A stretch of 64,000 bases of DNA from Deltaproteobacteria bacterium (GTDB lineage: Bacteria > Desulfobacterota > Binatia > Binatales > Binataceae), in NCBI GenBank assembly GCA_021831785.1, contig JAKBMB010000011.1:129491-193490 (forward strand). Reading direction: 5' to 3'. Positions 1-11,138 of the stretch are shown here, piece after piece (within the stretch, counting starts at the first letter, position 1; every line of letters starts with the position of its first letter). Below the pieces are notes generated by a model, which was given only the letters and a program-made list of their open reading frames with translations, made no database searches and was not told the origin of the DNA. The translations under genes were made by a program, and so were the position numbers.

Positions 1-1
1 A

Positions 2-397
2 TTGCCCGCCTATGCGACCGCAGGGGCGGCAGGCCTTGACCTGTACGCGAACCTGGAGCGGGAGCTAATGCTCGCGCCGATGGAGCGCGTCGCCCTCGGC
101 ACCGGAATCGCGCTCGAGATAGCTGCGGGCTTTGAAGGTCAGGTGCGTCCCCGCAGCGGCCGGGCTATCGTAGACGGCTTTACGCTGATTAATGCGCCCG
201 GCACGATTGACGCCGACTACCGCGGTGAAGTCATGGTTCTGGCGATCAACCTCGGCACCCGACCGGTGACTATTCGTCCGGGCGATCGGATCGCGCAGCT
301 CGTTATCGCGCCGGTTGCGCGGGCAACGTTGGTCGAGGTCGAGAGCCTTTCCGAGAGCGAGCGCGGTGGCCACGGCTTCGGGCATACCGGCCGATAA
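2..397 (+). CDS. dut: dUTP diphosphatase, C-terminal part (5'-truncated by window edge)
   Basis: Translation shows dUTPase motifs (GAAGLDL, RSG, GTIDADYRGE, ERGGHGFG); ORF runs off the window start. Confidence 0.8.
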   Translation: MPAYATAGAAGLDLYANLERELMLAPMERVALGTGIALEIAAGFEGQVRPRSGRAIVDGFTLINAPGTIDADYRGEVMVLAINLGTRPVTIRPGDRIAQLVIAPVARATLVEVESLSESERGGHGFGHTGR

Positions 398-564
398 CGG
401 TGTGCCGGCCCGCGCTCCGGCAGGCATGGGTCGATGAAGCGCGCGGATTGAGCCGATATCGGCAAGCTTGACTACGAAAGCTCGCAGCGCAGCGGGTGGC
501 GGCGCGGGCTTGCCGGCCGGCTAAGAGGTATTCCTTGGCGCGCGGAATGATCAAGCGGCGCGAC

Positions 565-1977
565 ATGGACCAAGCGCAATTTAAAGCCGAAGAGCGCGCG
601 CTCCTGGCGGTCACCCCGCTCGATGGGCGCTATGCGCGCCATACGCGGTCGTTGGAAAAGTACTTCAGCGAGTTTGCGCTGATTCGCTATCGCTGTCGGG
701 TCGAAATCGAGTGGTATATAGCCCTGGCGGAAAACCCGGCGGTTACGGCGGTTCAGGAGCTGAACCGCGAGGTCGAAGCTAAGCTTCGCCGCCTCTATCA
801 GGAGCTAAGCCTCGAAGACGGCCTGGCGGTTAAGGATATCGAGCGCGCGCTCAATCATGACGTTAAAGCAATCGAGCATTTCCTACGCCGCAAGATCGAG
901 GCGCTGGGGCTTGGCTTGCCGCTGGAGATGGTGCATTTCGCTTGCACCTCGGAGGACATCAACAACCTGGCTTACGCGTTGTCGCTGAAGAATTTTGTCG
1001 AGGCCGAACTTGAGCCTCGCTTAGGACGCGTAGTTGAAACTTTGGGCGGCCTTGCGCAGGGGTACAAGGGGCTCGCGATGCTGGGGCGCACCCACGGACA
1101 GGCCGCTTCGCCCACGACGCTCGGCAAGGAGTTGGCGGTTTTTGCGTTCCGGCTTCAACGCCAACTGCGCCGGCTAAAGCAGCAGGAGTATTTAGGCAAG
1201 GCCAACGGCGCCGTGGGCAACTACAATGCCCATCATTTCGCCTATCCCGAGGCGGACTGGATCGCTCATTCGCGCCGCTTCGTCGAAAGCCTGGGTCTAA
1301 CATGGAATCCGCTGACGACTCAGATCGAGAGCCACGATTTTATCGCTGAGTTGTTCGATCTGATGGGCCGTATCAGCACGATCCTTATCGGCTTTGCTCG
1401 CGACATGTGGGGCTATATCTCCCAGGGTTACTTAAGCCAGCGTGTTCGCGCCGGCGAGGTGGGCTCCTCGACCATGCCGCATAAGGTCAACCCGATCGAC
1501 TTGGAGAATTGCGAGGGTAATTTAGGCCTGGCGCGCGCGCTGTTCGTCCATTTGTCGAGCACGCTACCGATTTCGCGCTGGCAACGGGACTTAAGCGATA
1601 GCACTGCGATGCGCAACATTGGTACGGCGTTTGGTTATTTCGTGATCGCTATGGCGTCGCTGGAGCGGGGTCTTTCCTCGGTTGCGGCGAACGAGGCAAA
1701 AATTCGAGCGGACCTGGAGCAGGAGCAGGCGTGGGAGGTAGTTGGCGAGGCGATTCAGACCCTGATGCGCCGGCACGGGATCCCCGCCGCTTACGAAGCC
1801 CTCAAGGAACTGACTCGCGGGCGGGCGATTTCCGCCGGGGCAATCAGGCAATTTATCGATTCATTACCGCTGGATGTGGCGGCCAAGGCTAGGCTCAAGG
1901 ACCTCTCGCCGGAGAATTATATCGGTCTAGCACAAGAACTGGTTACTAGGTTTACGCCAGGGCGCAAGAAAGGCTAA
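565..1977 (+). CDS. purB: adenylosuccinate lyase
   Basis: Full-length match to the PurB family (LTPLDGRYARHT..., fumarate-lyase signature GSSTMPHKVNP). The ORF opens at 496, but M at 547 or 565 better matches family N-termini. Confidence 0.85.
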   Translation: MDQAQFKAEERALLAVTPLDGRYARHTRSLEKYFSEFALIRYRCRVEIEWYIALAENPAVTAVQELNREVEAKLRRLYQELSLEDGLAVKDIERALNHDVKAIEHFLRRKIEALGLGLPLEMVHFACTSEDINNLAYALSLKNFVEAELEPRLGRVVETLGGLAQGYKGLAMLGRTHGQAASPTTLGKELAVFAFRLQRQLRRLKQQEYLGKANGAVGNYNAHHFAYPEADWIAHSRRFVESLGLTWNPLTTQIESHDFIAELFDLMGRISTILIGFARDMWGYISQGYLSQRVRAGEVGSSTMPHKVNPIDLENCEGNLGLARALFVHLSSTLPISRWQRDLSDSTAMRNIGTAFGYFVIAMASLERGLSSVAANEAKIRADLEQEQAWEVVGEAIQTLMRRHGIPAAYEALKELTRGRAISAGAIRQFIDSLPLDVAAKARLKDLSPENYIGLAQELVTRFTPGRKKG

Positions 1978-2102
1978 AGCGAATGCAGGCGCGGGGCGGT
2001 CTTGAGTCCTGAGCGGCAGCATCGGGAGCCGACATGGCAACGTCCCGGCGCGCCACGGCGCGGAGGGCCCGATTCAGCATCGTTTGGATGCCGCTGTCTA
2101 GA

Positions 2103-2277
2103 GGTATCTCATAAAGGCTTTCGCTTTGTCGGTCATGCTGAACGAAGTGAAGCATCTACGCGAAGCGATTTGGCTAAAAGGCGACGGCACAAGGGCAGGG
2201 AATCGCTGTGCGCAGATTCTTCGCCTAGCGGCTCAGAATGACATCCGCCCCCTGCGGTCATTTATGAGACCACTTCT
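2103..2277 (+). repeat. composite repeat: module C (2103-2170) and module B (2231-2277) in the purB-purC intergenic region
   Basis: Matches 43.44-43.67 kb (same orientation) and 50.58-50.93 kb (reverse). Confidence 0.6.
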
Positions 2278-2333
2278 CGAGTCCGGCGAGGGACTGCCGG
2301 CAAATTTAAGACGAGTTGTCGAGGCGTGCGACT

Positions 2334-3056
2334 ATGAGCAGCGACATTATGCTTGAAAAGGGCGAAATGTTCTACGAGGGAAAGGCGAAGCAGCTTTTTG
2401 CCACCGCCGATCCCGACCTGATCATTGCATATTTCAAGGACGATGCGACCGCGTTTAACGCGAAAAAGCGCGGTTCCATCGAGGGCAAAGGCGCGGTCAA
2501 CAATCGTGTCTCGGAGTTGTTTTTCACCTTGCTCGAAAAGGCCGGTATCCGCACGCACTTTGTCAGGCGGCTCAGCGAGCGCGAGATGTTATGTCGGAGG
2601 CTCGAAATTATTCCGGTTGAGGTGGTAGTGCGCAATATTGTCGCAGGCGGGATGGCGAAACGCCTGGGCCGCGTCGAAGGCGAGATTTTGCGGCGGCCGG
2701 TCGTGGAATGGTACTATAAATCGGACGCCTTGGATGACCCTCTGATTAACGACGACCACGCCGAGGTCTTCGGCTGGGCAACGGCTGAGGAGTTGGCCGT
2801 ACTCAGAGACTTGGCGCACAAGATAAATCGCGTGTTGAGGGATTTTCTCGACCCGCGCAGTATCGTCTTGGTTGACGCGAAGTTCGAGTTCGGCCGCCAT
2901 AAAGGCGAAATTCTTCTCGGCGACGAAATCTGCCCTGACACATGCCGTTTCTGGGACAAGGCCACCGGCGAGAAACTCGACAAGGACCGCTTCCGGCGCG
3001 ACCTGGGGAAGGTCGAAGAGGCGTATCACGAAATATTGGAACGCGTGTCGCGATGA
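2334..3056 (+). CDS. purC: phosphoribosylaminoimidazole-succinocarboxamide synthase (SAICAR synthetase)
   Basis: Collinear with E. coli PurC (YEGKAKQLF..., VRN.vAGsmakRlG, LVDAKFEFG, DKDRFRRDLG). Alternative starts at 2316, 2334 and 2349. Confidence 0.85.
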   Translation: MSSDIMLEKGEMFYEGKAKQLFATADPDLIIAYFKDDATAFNAKKRGSIEGKGAVNNRVSELFFTLLEKAGIRTHFVRRLSEREMLCRRLEIIPVEVVVRNIVAGGMAKRLGRVEGEILRRPVVEWYYKSDALDDPLINDDHAEVFGWATAEELAVLRDLAHKINRVLRDFLDPRSIVLVDAKFEFGRHKGEILLGDEICPDTCRFWDKATGEKLDKDRFRRDLGKVEEAYHEILERVSR

Positions 3057-3145
3057 GCGTGCGCGCCGGGCTGCGCCCAGAGGTCCGACAGCGCTTCGGG
3101 CGCTGAGCGCGGCCGGATGCCGGCGGCCGCTTCGAGGTTTGAAGG

Positions 3146-3391
3146 TTGCTCGTCGAAGTCTTTGTCACGCCAAAGCGCGGCGTGCTTGATCCCCAGGGCC
3201 GGGCGATCGAGCAATCGCTTAAGAGTCTGGGTTTCCGGCAGGCGCGCGGCGTTCGAGTGGGGAAGTATATCCTGCTCGAGATCGAGGCCGGGTCGGCGGC
3301 CGAGGCTCGCCGAACGGCGCAAGCCATGTGCGAACGGCTGCTCGCCAACACCGTAATCGAGGACTACCGGCTTAGGGTTGAAGGCGAATGA
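3146..3391 (+). CDS. purS: FGAM synthase PurS subunit
   Basis: 81-aa protein with the PurS fold signature (VFVTPKRGVLDPQGRAIEQSLKSLGF); overlaps purQ start by 4 nt. Confidence 0.85.
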   Translation: MLVEVFVTPKRGVLDPQGRAIEQSLKSLGFRQARGVRVGKYILLEIEAGSAAEARRTAQAMCERLLANTVIEDYRLRVEGE

Positions 3392-4074
3392 GGTGGGGGG
3401 TCGTCACCTTCCCCGGCTCGCTCGACGACCGCGATGTGCTATATGCCCTGCGCGAGGTCATGGGGCAGGACGCGGTTTCCCTGTGGCACAAGGATGAGCG
3501 GCTTTACGGCGCCGAATGCGTGGTTTTACCCGGCGGCTTTAGCTACGGCGACTATCTGCGCTGCGGCGCGCTGGCGCGCTTTGCGCCGATTATGAACAGC
3601 GTCGCGCGCCTGGCCGCTGAAGGCGGCGTGGTGCTCGGGATATGCAATGGCTTTCAGGTGCTGTGCGAGGCGCGGCTTTTGCCAGGCGCGCTTACGCGCA
3701 ATCGCTCGCTCTCCTTTATATGCGAACGGGTAACGCTGCGGGTGGAGAACGCCTCTACACCGCTGACGCGGCTGCTGAGCCCGGGCGAGTTGATACGCCT
3801 GCCGATTAAGCATGGCGAAGGCTTATACGTCGCTCCCGAACAGGAGTTGCGCCGGATCGAGGAGCGCGGGCAAGTGCTCTTGCGCTACGTGGACGCCGAT
3901 GGGGGACTTAGCGCGCAGGCTAATCCGAACGGCTCGATGAACGCTATCGCTGCGGTGGCGAACGAAAGTTTCAACGTGTTCGGTCTGATGCCTCATCCTG
4001 AGCATGCCGTCGAAGCCTGTCTGGGAGGCACCCACGGACTTAAGCTTTTCGGCTCTCTGCTACAGGGCGCTTGA
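3388..4074 (+). CDS. purQ: FGAM synthase glutamine amidotransferase subunit
   Basis: Class-I GATase (GICNGFQVL catalytic Cys, HPE near the C-terminus); translationally coupled to purS and purL. Confidence 0.85.
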   Translation: MRWGVVTFPGSLDDRDVLYALREVMGQDAVSLWHKDERLYGAECVVLPGGFSYGDYLRCGALARFAPIMNSVARLAAEGGVVLGICNGFQVLCEARLLPGALTRNRSLSFICERVTLRVENASTPLTRLLSPGELIRLPIKHGEGLYVAPEQELRRIEERGQVLLRYVDADGGLSAQANPNGSMNAIAAVANESFNVFGLMPHPEHAVEACLGGTHGLKLFGSLLQGA

Positions 4075-6473
4075 TGGCCGAGATACCGCTAGGGCTTGGC
4101 GGCGACCCGGACGTTACGCCGGAGTTGGCGCGAGATCATGGCCTTGTCGCTGACGAGTATCGCCTGATCGAGCGGTGGCTTGGGCGCCGGCCGACGTTCA
4201 CCGAGCTGGGAGTGTTTTCCGTGATGTGGTCGGAGCACTGCTCGTACAAGTCCTCGCGCCGCCACCTCAGGATGCTGCCGAGCCGCGGCGCCGGCGTCGC
4301 GACGGCTCCGGGTGAGAATGCCGGGGCGGTTGCGATCGGGGACGGCTATCTTGCCGTATTCAAGCTCGAGAGCCATAACCATCCCTCTTATGTCGAGCCT
4401 TATCAGGGTGCTGCGACCGGGGTTGGCGGAATAATCCGGGATGTTCTCGCCATGGGCGCGCGGCCCGTCGCGAGTCTCAACTCGCTTAGGTTCGGCGTGC
4501 TCGACGATCCGCGGATGGCGTATCTGGTGCGCGGCGTTGTCGGCGGAATCGGCGGCTACGGCAACTGCGTCGGGGTGCCCACGGTCGGCGGCGAGGTGGG
4601 CTTTGACCCGGCGTACAACAAGAACATTTTGGTCAACGCCTTCTGCCTGGGACTGGCGCGCGAAGGCGAGCTGGCGAGCGCCGCCGCGCGAGTTGTTGAC
4701 GCTCCGGTAATCTACGCCGGTTCCGCGACCGGGCGCGACGGCATCCACGGCGCGAGTCTGCTTGCGTCGGCCGAGTTCGGTGCCGGCAGCGAGAGCAAGC
4801 GTCCGACAGTGCAGGTGGGCGACCCCTTCGCCGAGAAGCTGCTGATCGAGGCGTGCCTCGAGGCGCTCCAGACCGGCGCGGTCGCCGCGCTTCAGGACAT
4901 GGGAGCCGCGGGGTTAGCTTCGTCGTCAAGCGAGATGGCGGGGCGCGCCGGCTTCGGCGTGGAGCTCGACCTTGATCGCGTGCCCCTGCGCGAGCCGGGC
5001 CTGTCGCCCTACGAAATTGTGCTGTCCGAGTCACAGGAGCGGATGCTGCTCGTAGCCTATCCCGGACGCGAGAGCGAGGTGCTCGCGGTATTCGAGAAAT
5101 GGGACGTCAGCGCCTGCGTCGTGGGAAGGATAACGCGCGAGGCGCGCTGGCGCACGCGCCTGGCCGGCGGACTGGTCGCCGACATTCCGGTGCGCGCTCT
5201 GACTACCGACGCGCCGAGCTATGAGCGTCCGGTAAAACCTCCCGCCGCGGCTGGCGCACAAAGTCCCCGGCCGAAGGGGGCGCAACTCACATCCGCACAG
5301 CCCGCGGCAGCGGAGCAGCCCGCGTCAACGCGCTGCGAACTAACGCAATTCGCTGCCGGATCGCTTGAACCCGCGCAGCCGCTTTCAAGGCGCGAAGTCT
5401 CAGCCCCGCTAGCATCTAGGCGGCGCCGTCCCGCTCCAACCGAGGCCTTGCGTGCGATGCTGGACAGTCCGAATATTGCCTCTAAGCGCTGGGTTTATCG
5501 GCAGTACGATTACCTGGTGCAGAGTAACACGGTACTGGGCCCCGGCTCCGACGCCGCGCTACTGCGCGTCAAAGGGACCAAGCGAGGGCTGGCGTTAGCC
5601 GTTGACTCGAATCCTCGCGCTTGCGCGCTCGACCCCTATCTGGGCGCGATCGCGACCGTGTGCGAGGCGGCGCGCAACGTGGCATGCGTTGGAGCGCGGC
5701 CGCTCGGCATCACGGATTGCCTCAACTACGGAAATCCGGAGCGCCCGGAAATCATGTGGCAGTTTGTCCGCGGGGTCGAGGGGATTCGCGACGCCGCGCT
5801 GGCGCTAGGAATCCCGGTCGTGAGCGGCAACGTAAGCTTTTACAATGAAACCGAAGGCCAGGCGATCCCGCCTACGCCCACGGTCGCGATCGTCGGCGGG
5901 CTCGATGACGTAGGCAAGCGGGTGAGCAGCTTTTTCAAATCTCCCGACGACGTGATAGCATTCGTTAAGAGCGGCACGCTCTCGTTAGCCGCAAGTGAGT
6001 ACGAGGCGTTGTTCGGGCTCGGCGAGGAACACGGCAACGGCCTTAAGCTTGCGCAGATCGATCCCGAGCTTCAGAAGACGTTGCTTGAGGCTTTGACACA
6101 AGCGGCGGACCGGGGATTGCTGAGTTCGGCCCATGACGTGTCGTCGGGTGGGCTTGCCACAGCCTTGGCTGAGGGGTGCTTTGGCTGCGAAAAGCTCTTG
6201 GGTGCCGAAGTAACAATTCCGGAGTTTGATGGCCTTGGTCCCGAACGGAGCCTGTTCGCGGAAGGAACATCGCTGGTGGTGTTGTCGTACGCGGCCGCGC
6301 GCCGCGACGAGGTCGGGCAAATCTTTGCGCACCGGGGGCTTAAGCTTGAGGCCATCGGGCAGGTGAGCGGCGTGCCGCGGCTGAAGATCGGGTCGCTGAT
6401 CGACGAAGATTGCCGAGCGTTGCTCGCGATTTATGAGCGGGCGCTGCCGAGGAGGCTTGGTGAGGGTGACTGA
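4071..6473 (+). CDS. purL: FGAM synthase II (large subunit), with a low-complexity internal insertion
   Basis: PurL/AIRS-domain motifs ([33 protein letters not shown]). 800 aa against the usual ~740. Confidence 0.85.
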   Translation: MMAEIPLGLGGDPDVTPELARDHGLVADEYRLIERWLGRRPTFTELGVFSVMWSEHCSYKSSRRHLRMLPSRGAGVATAPGENAGAVAIGDGYLAVFKLESHNHPSYVEPYQGAATGVGGIIRDVLAMGARPVASLNSLRFGVLDDPRMAYLVRGVVGGIGGYGNCVGVPTVGGEVGFDPAYNKNILVNAFCLGLAREGELASAAARVVDAPVIYAGSATGRDGIHGASLLASAEFGAGSESKRPTVQVGDPFAEKLLIEACLEALQTGAVAALQDMGAAGLASSSSEMAGRAGFGVELDLDRVPLREPGLSPYEIVLSESQERMLLVAYPGRESEVLAVFEKWDVSACVVGRITREARWRTRLAGGLVADIPVRALTTDAPSYERPVKPPAAAGAQSPRPKGAQLTSAQPAAAEQPASTRCELTQFAAGSLEPAQPLSRREVSAPLASRRRRPAPTEALRAMLDSPNIASKRWVYRQYDYLVQSNTVLGPGSDAALLRVKGTKRGLALAVDSNPRACALDPYLGAIATVCEAARNVACVGARPLGITDCLNYGNPERPEIMWQFVRGVEGIRDAALALGIPVVSGNVSFYNETEGQAIPPTPTVAIVGGLDDVGKRVSSFFKSPDDVIAFVKSGTLSLAASEYEALFGLGEEHGNGLKLAQIDPELQKTLLEALTQAADRGLLSSAHDVSSGGLATALAEGCFGCEKLLGAEVTIPEFDGLGPERSLFAEGTSLVVLSYAAARRDEVGQIFAHRGLKLEAIGQVSGVPRLKIGSLIDEDCRALLAIYERALPRRLGEGD

Positions 6474-7917
6474 AGAGTTGTCAAACCACCTGTCGGTCGA
6501 AGAGTCCAAGCTTGACGCCTTTCACGAAGAGTGCGGTGTCTTCGGTGTGTACGGCCACCCTGAAGCGGCCAACCTGGTGTATCTCGGGCTTTGCGCCCTG
6601 CAGCATCGGGGGCAGGAATCCGCCGGCATCGTCTCGTCGAACGGCAAGGCGTTGTTTTCCCATCGCGGCATGGGCCTGGTGGCCGATGTCTTCAGCACCG
6701 AGACCATCCGCAAGCTCCAGGGCGTCAGCGCCATCGGCCACAACCGTTACTCGACGACCGGCGCAACGCTTCCCAAGAACTGCCAGCCGCTGATCGCGGA
6801 GTACGAGGCCGGCGGAATCGCGCTGGCCCACAACGGCAATCTGGTGAACTTCGAGGAGCTGCGCCGAGCGCTGGAGAAGGCGGGCGCTATCTTCCAGTCC
6901 TCGTCGGACAGCGAGGTTATCATTCATTTGATTGCCGCCTCGCGAGCGTTGACGCTGGTCGAGCGCGTGGTTGAAGCGCTCGAGCAGGCGCGCGGCGCCT
7001 ACTCGCTGCTGGTTTTGGGCGAGCACGAGCTGATCGCGGCGCGCGATCCGTTCGGGTTTCGGCCGCTGGTGATCGGGAAGCTCAGAGACTCGCTTATTTT
7101 GGCCTCCGAGACCTGCGCGTTGGATTTGGTGCGGGCGGAGTATCTGCGCGAGGTCGAGCCCGGCGAGGTGGTCGTGGTCACGCAGGCCGGGATGCGGTCG
7201 TTTATGCCGTTTGCGTCGGCGCCGCCCAAGCGGTGCATCTTCGAGTACGTCTACTTCGCGCGTCCCGACAGCCGGCTATTCGGGCGCGACGTCTATCAGG
7301 TGCGCAAACGGCACGGACAGGTGCTCGCTCGCGAATGTCCGGTGGACGCCGACGTGGTCGTACCGGTCCCCGATTCGGGCGTTCCGGCGGCGATCGGCTA
7401 CGCGCAGGAGTCGCGGCTGCCGTTCGAGATGGGACTGATACGCAGCCATTACGTGGGCCGCACTTTCATCGAACCACAGGAAGCGATCCGGCATTTCGGC
7501 GTGCGCATCAAGTTCAACCCGGTGAATGCGGTGCTCAACGGCCGGCGCGTAGTCCTGGTCGAGGATTCGCTGGTGCGCGGCACCACCTTGCGCAAGGTGA
7601 TCCCGATGCTGCGCCAGGCCGGAGCGCGCGAGGTTCATATGCGGATCGCCGCGCCGCCCACACGGTACTCGTGCTTTTACGGCATCGACACGCCAACGCG
7701 CTCGGAGCTGCTCGCCTCGCATAATTCGCTCGAAGAGATTCGCCGCTTCATCACCGCGGACTCCCTCTGTTACCTGAGCTGGGAAGGCCTTTACTCCTTT
7801 ACCGACGAGCGCGAGGGCTTCTGCGACGCGTGTTTTACCGGAGATTACCCGGTCAAGGTTCCGCCATGCCCCAGCGCGCGGCAATTGCCGCTGTTCGAAA
7901 ACGGGGCTCGCCGCTAA
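6433..7917 (+). CDS. purF: amidophosphoribosyltransferase
   Basis: Ntn-hydrolase catalytic CGVFGV followed by PRTase and Fe-S Cys motifs (CYLSWEG...[10 protein letters not shown]). The catalytic Cys is about 33 codons into the ORF, implying a propeptide or non-ATG start. Confidence 0.85.
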   Translation: MSGRCRGGLVRVTEELSNHLSVEESKLDAFHEECGVFGVYGHPEAANLVYLGLCALQHRGQESAGIVSSNGKALFSHRGMGLVADVFSTETIRKLQGVSAIGHNRYSTTGATLPKNCQPLIAEYEAGGIALAHNGNLVNFEELRRALEKAGAIFQSSSDSEVIIHLIAASRALTLVERVVEALEQARGAYSLLVLGEHELIAARDPFGFRPLVIGKLRDSLILASETCALDLVRAEYLREVEPGEVVVVTQAGMRSFMPFASAPPKRCIFEYVYFARPDSRLFGRDVYQVRKRHGQVLARECPVDADVVVPVPDSGVPAAIGYAQESRLPFEMGLIRSHYVGRTFIEPQEAIRHFGVRIKFNPVNAVLNGRRVVLVEDSLVRGTTLRKVIPMLRQAGAREVHMRIAAPPTRYSCFYGIDTPTRSELLASHNSLEEIRRFITADSLCYLSWEGLYSFTDEREGFCDACFTGDYPVKVPPCPSARQLPLFENGARR

Positions 7918-7953
7918 GCGCTTCGCCCGAGGCGTGAGCAGCTAACGCTTGGC

Positions 7954-8949
7954 TCAAAGACTCTTCAGAAAGTCGGTGAGCAGCCGGTTGACTTCTTGCG
8001 GACGTTCTTGCTGGATCCAGTGTCCCGCCCCCGGGAGAAGGGTCTTTTTTTTCAGGTTGGGCAGGGCGTTCTCGAGCGTTTGGTAGGCCGGACCATAAAA
8101 CTCTATCACCGGATCCTTCTCGCCGGCGATGAACAGCGCCGGCTGGCTCGGCCTGGCGCCGTCGAGAAACGGCGTCATCTCCCAGTTAAAGTCGATATTG
8201 CGGTACCAATTGAGTCCGCCGCGAAATCCGGTCCGTCGGAACTCGGCCGCGTAAAACTCGACGTCCTTCTCGGTCAGCCACGCCGGCAGCTTCTCGGGCA
8301 GGCTCACCGTGTCGAACAGCCGCTCGTTGCTTTCGAAAAGGTAGCGCCATCGCTGCGCGGGGGCGGCGTCGCCCGCGGCGGAATAGAGGATTGCCCGGAT
8401 GCTTTTATCCGGAGCCGCATCGAGCTCGCTTTCCGCTTTGCCGGGGGTCTGGAAGTACTCCTGGTAGAAAACCCGATTGCCGGCTAGCGCTCTCATCAGC
8501 TCACTGGGCCTGACCGCCGAGCGCGGGCGGTACGGTACGCTTAGCAGGGCCAGCGCGCGAAAGACATCCGGCCGCAGCAGCGCCGCGGACCACGCCACCG
8601 GGGCTCCCCAGTCATGGCCTACGATCACCGTGGTTGGTGCTCCCAGCGCCTTTACGACCCCGAGCATATCGCCGACAAGCTGGAAGATGTTGTACGCGCC
8701 GACGGCTTGCGGACAGTCCGTGCGGCCATAGCCCCGCTGGTCCGGCGCCACCGCCCAAAAGCCGGCTTCGGCGAGCGCGGGCAACTGATGGCGCCACGAA
8801 TACCAGCATTCGGGAAAGCCGTGGCATAACAGCACCAGCGGGCCGGAACCGGCTTCAGCGATGTGCATCGTGATGCCGTTGGTTTTAACCGAGCGATGAT
8901 TCACTTCGTTCATTGTTGACTGACCTCTGTACGCAGGCTTGAACAACAA
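7954..8949 (-). CDS. alpha/beta-hydrolase, epoxide-hydrolase-like
   Basis: HGFPE/HGWP oxyanion motif, GHDWG nucleophile elbow, typical EH cap region. Possible start at 8913 (MNEVNH). Confidence 0.7.
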   Translation of the reverse strand: MLFKPAYRGQSTMNEVNHRSVKTNGITMHIAEAGSGPLVLLCHGFPECWYSWRHQLPALAEAGFWAVAPDQRGYGRTDCPQAVGAYNIFQLVGDMLGVVKALGAPTTVIVGHDWGAPVAWSAALLRPDVFRALALLSVPYRPRSAVRPSELMRALAGNRVFYQEYFQTPGKAESELDAAPDKSIRAILYSAAGDAAPAQRWRYLFESNERLFDTVSLPEKLPAWLTEKDVEFYAAEFRRTGFRGGLNWYRNIDFNWEMTPFLDGARPSQPALFIAGEKDPVIEFYGPAYQTLENALPNLKKKTLLPGAGHWIQQERPQEVNRLLTDFLKSL

Positions 8950-9515
8950 ACCGGCCGTCGCCGCCGAAAGCCCCTCCGGCGCGGCTTACATGTGCCAGCC
9001 CCAACAAACGGCCTCGTTCCAAACCTGCGCGTCGCCTTTCGCTTCTGTCACGCTACGTGTCGATCCTAGGCACTTTTAGCCTACGGCAGAAAAGCTCTTC
9101 CGAACAAGATGGGCTCCCCGATAGGGCACGGCCGCTGCCTAACCGTCATCACGTAGCCTTCTTGAGGTTGCGCGCCGCGCCACTCTTACGTGGGGTCCAA
9201 ACCTGGTTTCCACTTTTTTCGCGTAGCGTTGGCGCTGGCGCGCCGCGTTTGGAGCGACGAAACTGTATGATCCTGCAACTGGCTCAAGCGAGGTGCGAGC
9301 GGAATCTTACTTGGTGCTGTCCAACGCGAAGGGGAAGGTGCTGTACGCAGCGCCATGAGCAGCGCGAGGCCTGCGCCTTAACACAAGGATGGGACACGGC
9401 GCGCGTTCCCCCGTCCCGAGTTTAAACGGCGCGGGCGGGGGTGCTCGAACCCCGGTCCTCGTCCCAAAAAATCCGACATGAAGATTCCCGCCGCCACGGT
9501 GATGACGAAGACAAG

Positions 9516-9577
9516 CATCATGGCGGGCACGGCGGCCCGCCCCACTACTCAAAAATTCACAAACTCTCAGGATGACA
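9516..9577. repeat. partial copy of palindromic repeat family A (right arm plus ACTACTCAAAAATTCAC tail)
   Basis: CATCATGGCGGGCACGGCGGCCCGCCCCACTACTCAAAAATTCAC matches the ends of the copies at 34.3, 50.7 and 57.3 kb. Confidence 0.6.
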
Positions 9578-9719
9578 CCAAAGGCTGACGATCAGAATCT
9601 TTCAAGCGCTCAGGGTAGGCCCTTTGACGCGGCTCGGTTCGCTTGCCGGCTCACGATGACGAGGGCGCATGCCGCAGCGACCTGCGCCTTAGCGACGAAT
9701 TATTCAACGGACCTCAAGC

Positions 9720-11138
9720 TCAGGTCAGGCGGACGTAGTCGAAGTCGAGGGGCTGGTGGTTGATGCCCCGCGCGGGCGGCGCAATCCATCCGGCGAACCT
9801 CCCGCGCTCGGTCACCGGCTGCATTAGCGAGGTCACGAAATCGCGATCGGCCTGCGTCGGCAGCCAGCGAACCTCATTGCGGCGCCATTCGTCCTCGCTC
9901 ACCACCCGGCCGTCAGGAGCGATTCTCGTTGCCGCAAACATGCCCACCCTGCGGTTGAAGGCGCGATGGGGAAGGCGTAATTCGAAGTCAATATTTGCCG
10001 ACCTGATGACGCGGTTCCAGCGCTCGACGCCCTTGGCGCAGTCGGCGATATAATCGTCGCGCAGCTTTTCGTTGAGCGCGGCGAGAGCCGGTCCTTGGCG
10101 AATCAGGATTTTGTCGTTCTCTAAAACAGTGACCGGATAAGTCGCGGCGGTAAGGCGATGGTCATCGCGGTTGCGCTCTTCTTGGTAGCGCCCTTTGAGC
10201 CCCATCGAGTAGTAGTTGGCGGCGTTGGTCGAAAGCTCCGAGCCAAATAAATCGAGAGAAACCGTGAAGTGAAAATTGAGATACCGTTGGAGAAGCGAGA
10301 GGCTGAGCCCGTCATACGGACCCACGTCGTCGGTGTCTCGCTCGCGCATCAACTCGCATGTGCGCTGCACGACGCGGGCTACGCCGCTGTCACCGACGAA
10401 CATGTGATGGGCCTCTTCAGTAAGCATGAAGCGGCAAGTGCGCGCGAGCGGGTCGAAGCCGGACTCGGCGAGGCTCGCGAGCTGGAAGCGGCCGTCGCGG
10501 TCGGTAAAGAAGGTGAACATGAAGAACGAGAGCCAGTCGGGTGTGGGCTCGTTGAACGCTCCCAGGATGCGCGGCTTGTCGGAATCGCCCGAATGCCGGC
10601 TGAGCAGCTCTTCGGCTTCCTCGCGTCCGTCGCGGCCAAAGTAGGCGTGCAGCAGATAGACCATCGCCCACAGGTGGCGTCCTTCTTCCACGTTCACTTG
10701 AAAGAGGTTGCGGAGATCGTAGAGCGACGGACAGGTTCGCCCTAGGATGCGCTGCTGCTCGACCGAGGCGGGCTCGGTGTCGCCCTGGACCACGATTAGC
10801 CGCCTTAGCGCGCCGCGGTACTCGCCCGGAACTTCCCGCCATACGGGCTGCCCCATATGCTCGCCAAAGCCGATCGTCCTGGCCGGCTGCGGTTCGGCCA
10901 AAAAGATACCCCATCTGTACTCGGGCATGCGAACGTAGCCGAAACGCGCCCAGCCGGCGGCGTCGACCGAGATCGCAGTGCGCAGGTACACTTCCGTGTT
11001 CGGATGACCTTGCGGTCCCTGCTCGCGCCACCAGTCCAAAAACCGCGGCTGCCATTGTTCGAGCGCGCGCTTGAGCCGCCGCTCCTCCCCTAGGTTGACG
11101 TTGTTCGGAATGCGCTCGGCGTAATCGATTGTGGTCAT
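9720..11138 (-). CDS. boxB: benzoyl-CoA 2,3-epoxidase (benzoyl-CoA oxygenase component B)
   Basis: 472 aa, near-collinear with Azoarcus BoxB as I recall it (YAERIPNNVNL, VNVEEGRHLWAMVYLLH diiron motif, FMLTEEAHH, IAPPARGIN). Confidence 0.8.
   Translation of the reverse strand: MTTIDYAERIPNNVNLGEERRLKRALEQWQPRFLDWWREQGPQGHPNTEVYLRTAISVDAAGWARFGYVRMPEYRWGIFLAEPQPARTIGFGEHMGQPVWREVPGEYRGALRRLIVVQGDTEPASVEQQRILGRTCPSLYDLRNLFQVNVEEGRHLWAMVYLLHAYFGRDGREEAEELLSRHSGDSDKPRILGAFNEPTPDWLSFFMFTFFTDRDGRFQLASLAESGFDPLARTCRFMLTEEAHHMFVGDSGVARVVQRTCELMRERDTDDVGPYDGLSLSLLQRYLNFHFTVSLDLFGSELSTNAANYYSMGLKGRYQEERNRDDHRLTAATYPVTVLENDKILIRQGPALAALNEKLRDDYIADCAKGVERWNRVIRSANIDFELRLPHRAFNRRVGMFAATRIAPDGRVVSEDEWRRNEVRWLPTQADRDFVTSLMQPVTERGRFAGWIAPPARGINHQPLDFDYVRLT

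Noticed and set aside
9405-9480. Possible tRNA or terminator: the reverse strand reads GGGGTTCGAGCACCCC, resembling a T-arm
   Set aside because: The T-loop would be 6 nt, a poly-T run would sit inside the body, and no acceptor or anticodon stems can be built. On either strand the hairpin is not followed by a U-run in the right orientation for a terminator.
8950-9719. Degraded boxA pseudogene downstream of boxB
   Set aside because: Six-frame translations show no ferredoxin-type CxxCxxCxxxCP motifs or FAD/NAD-binding motifs. The gap is far too short for the roughly 1.2-kb boxA.
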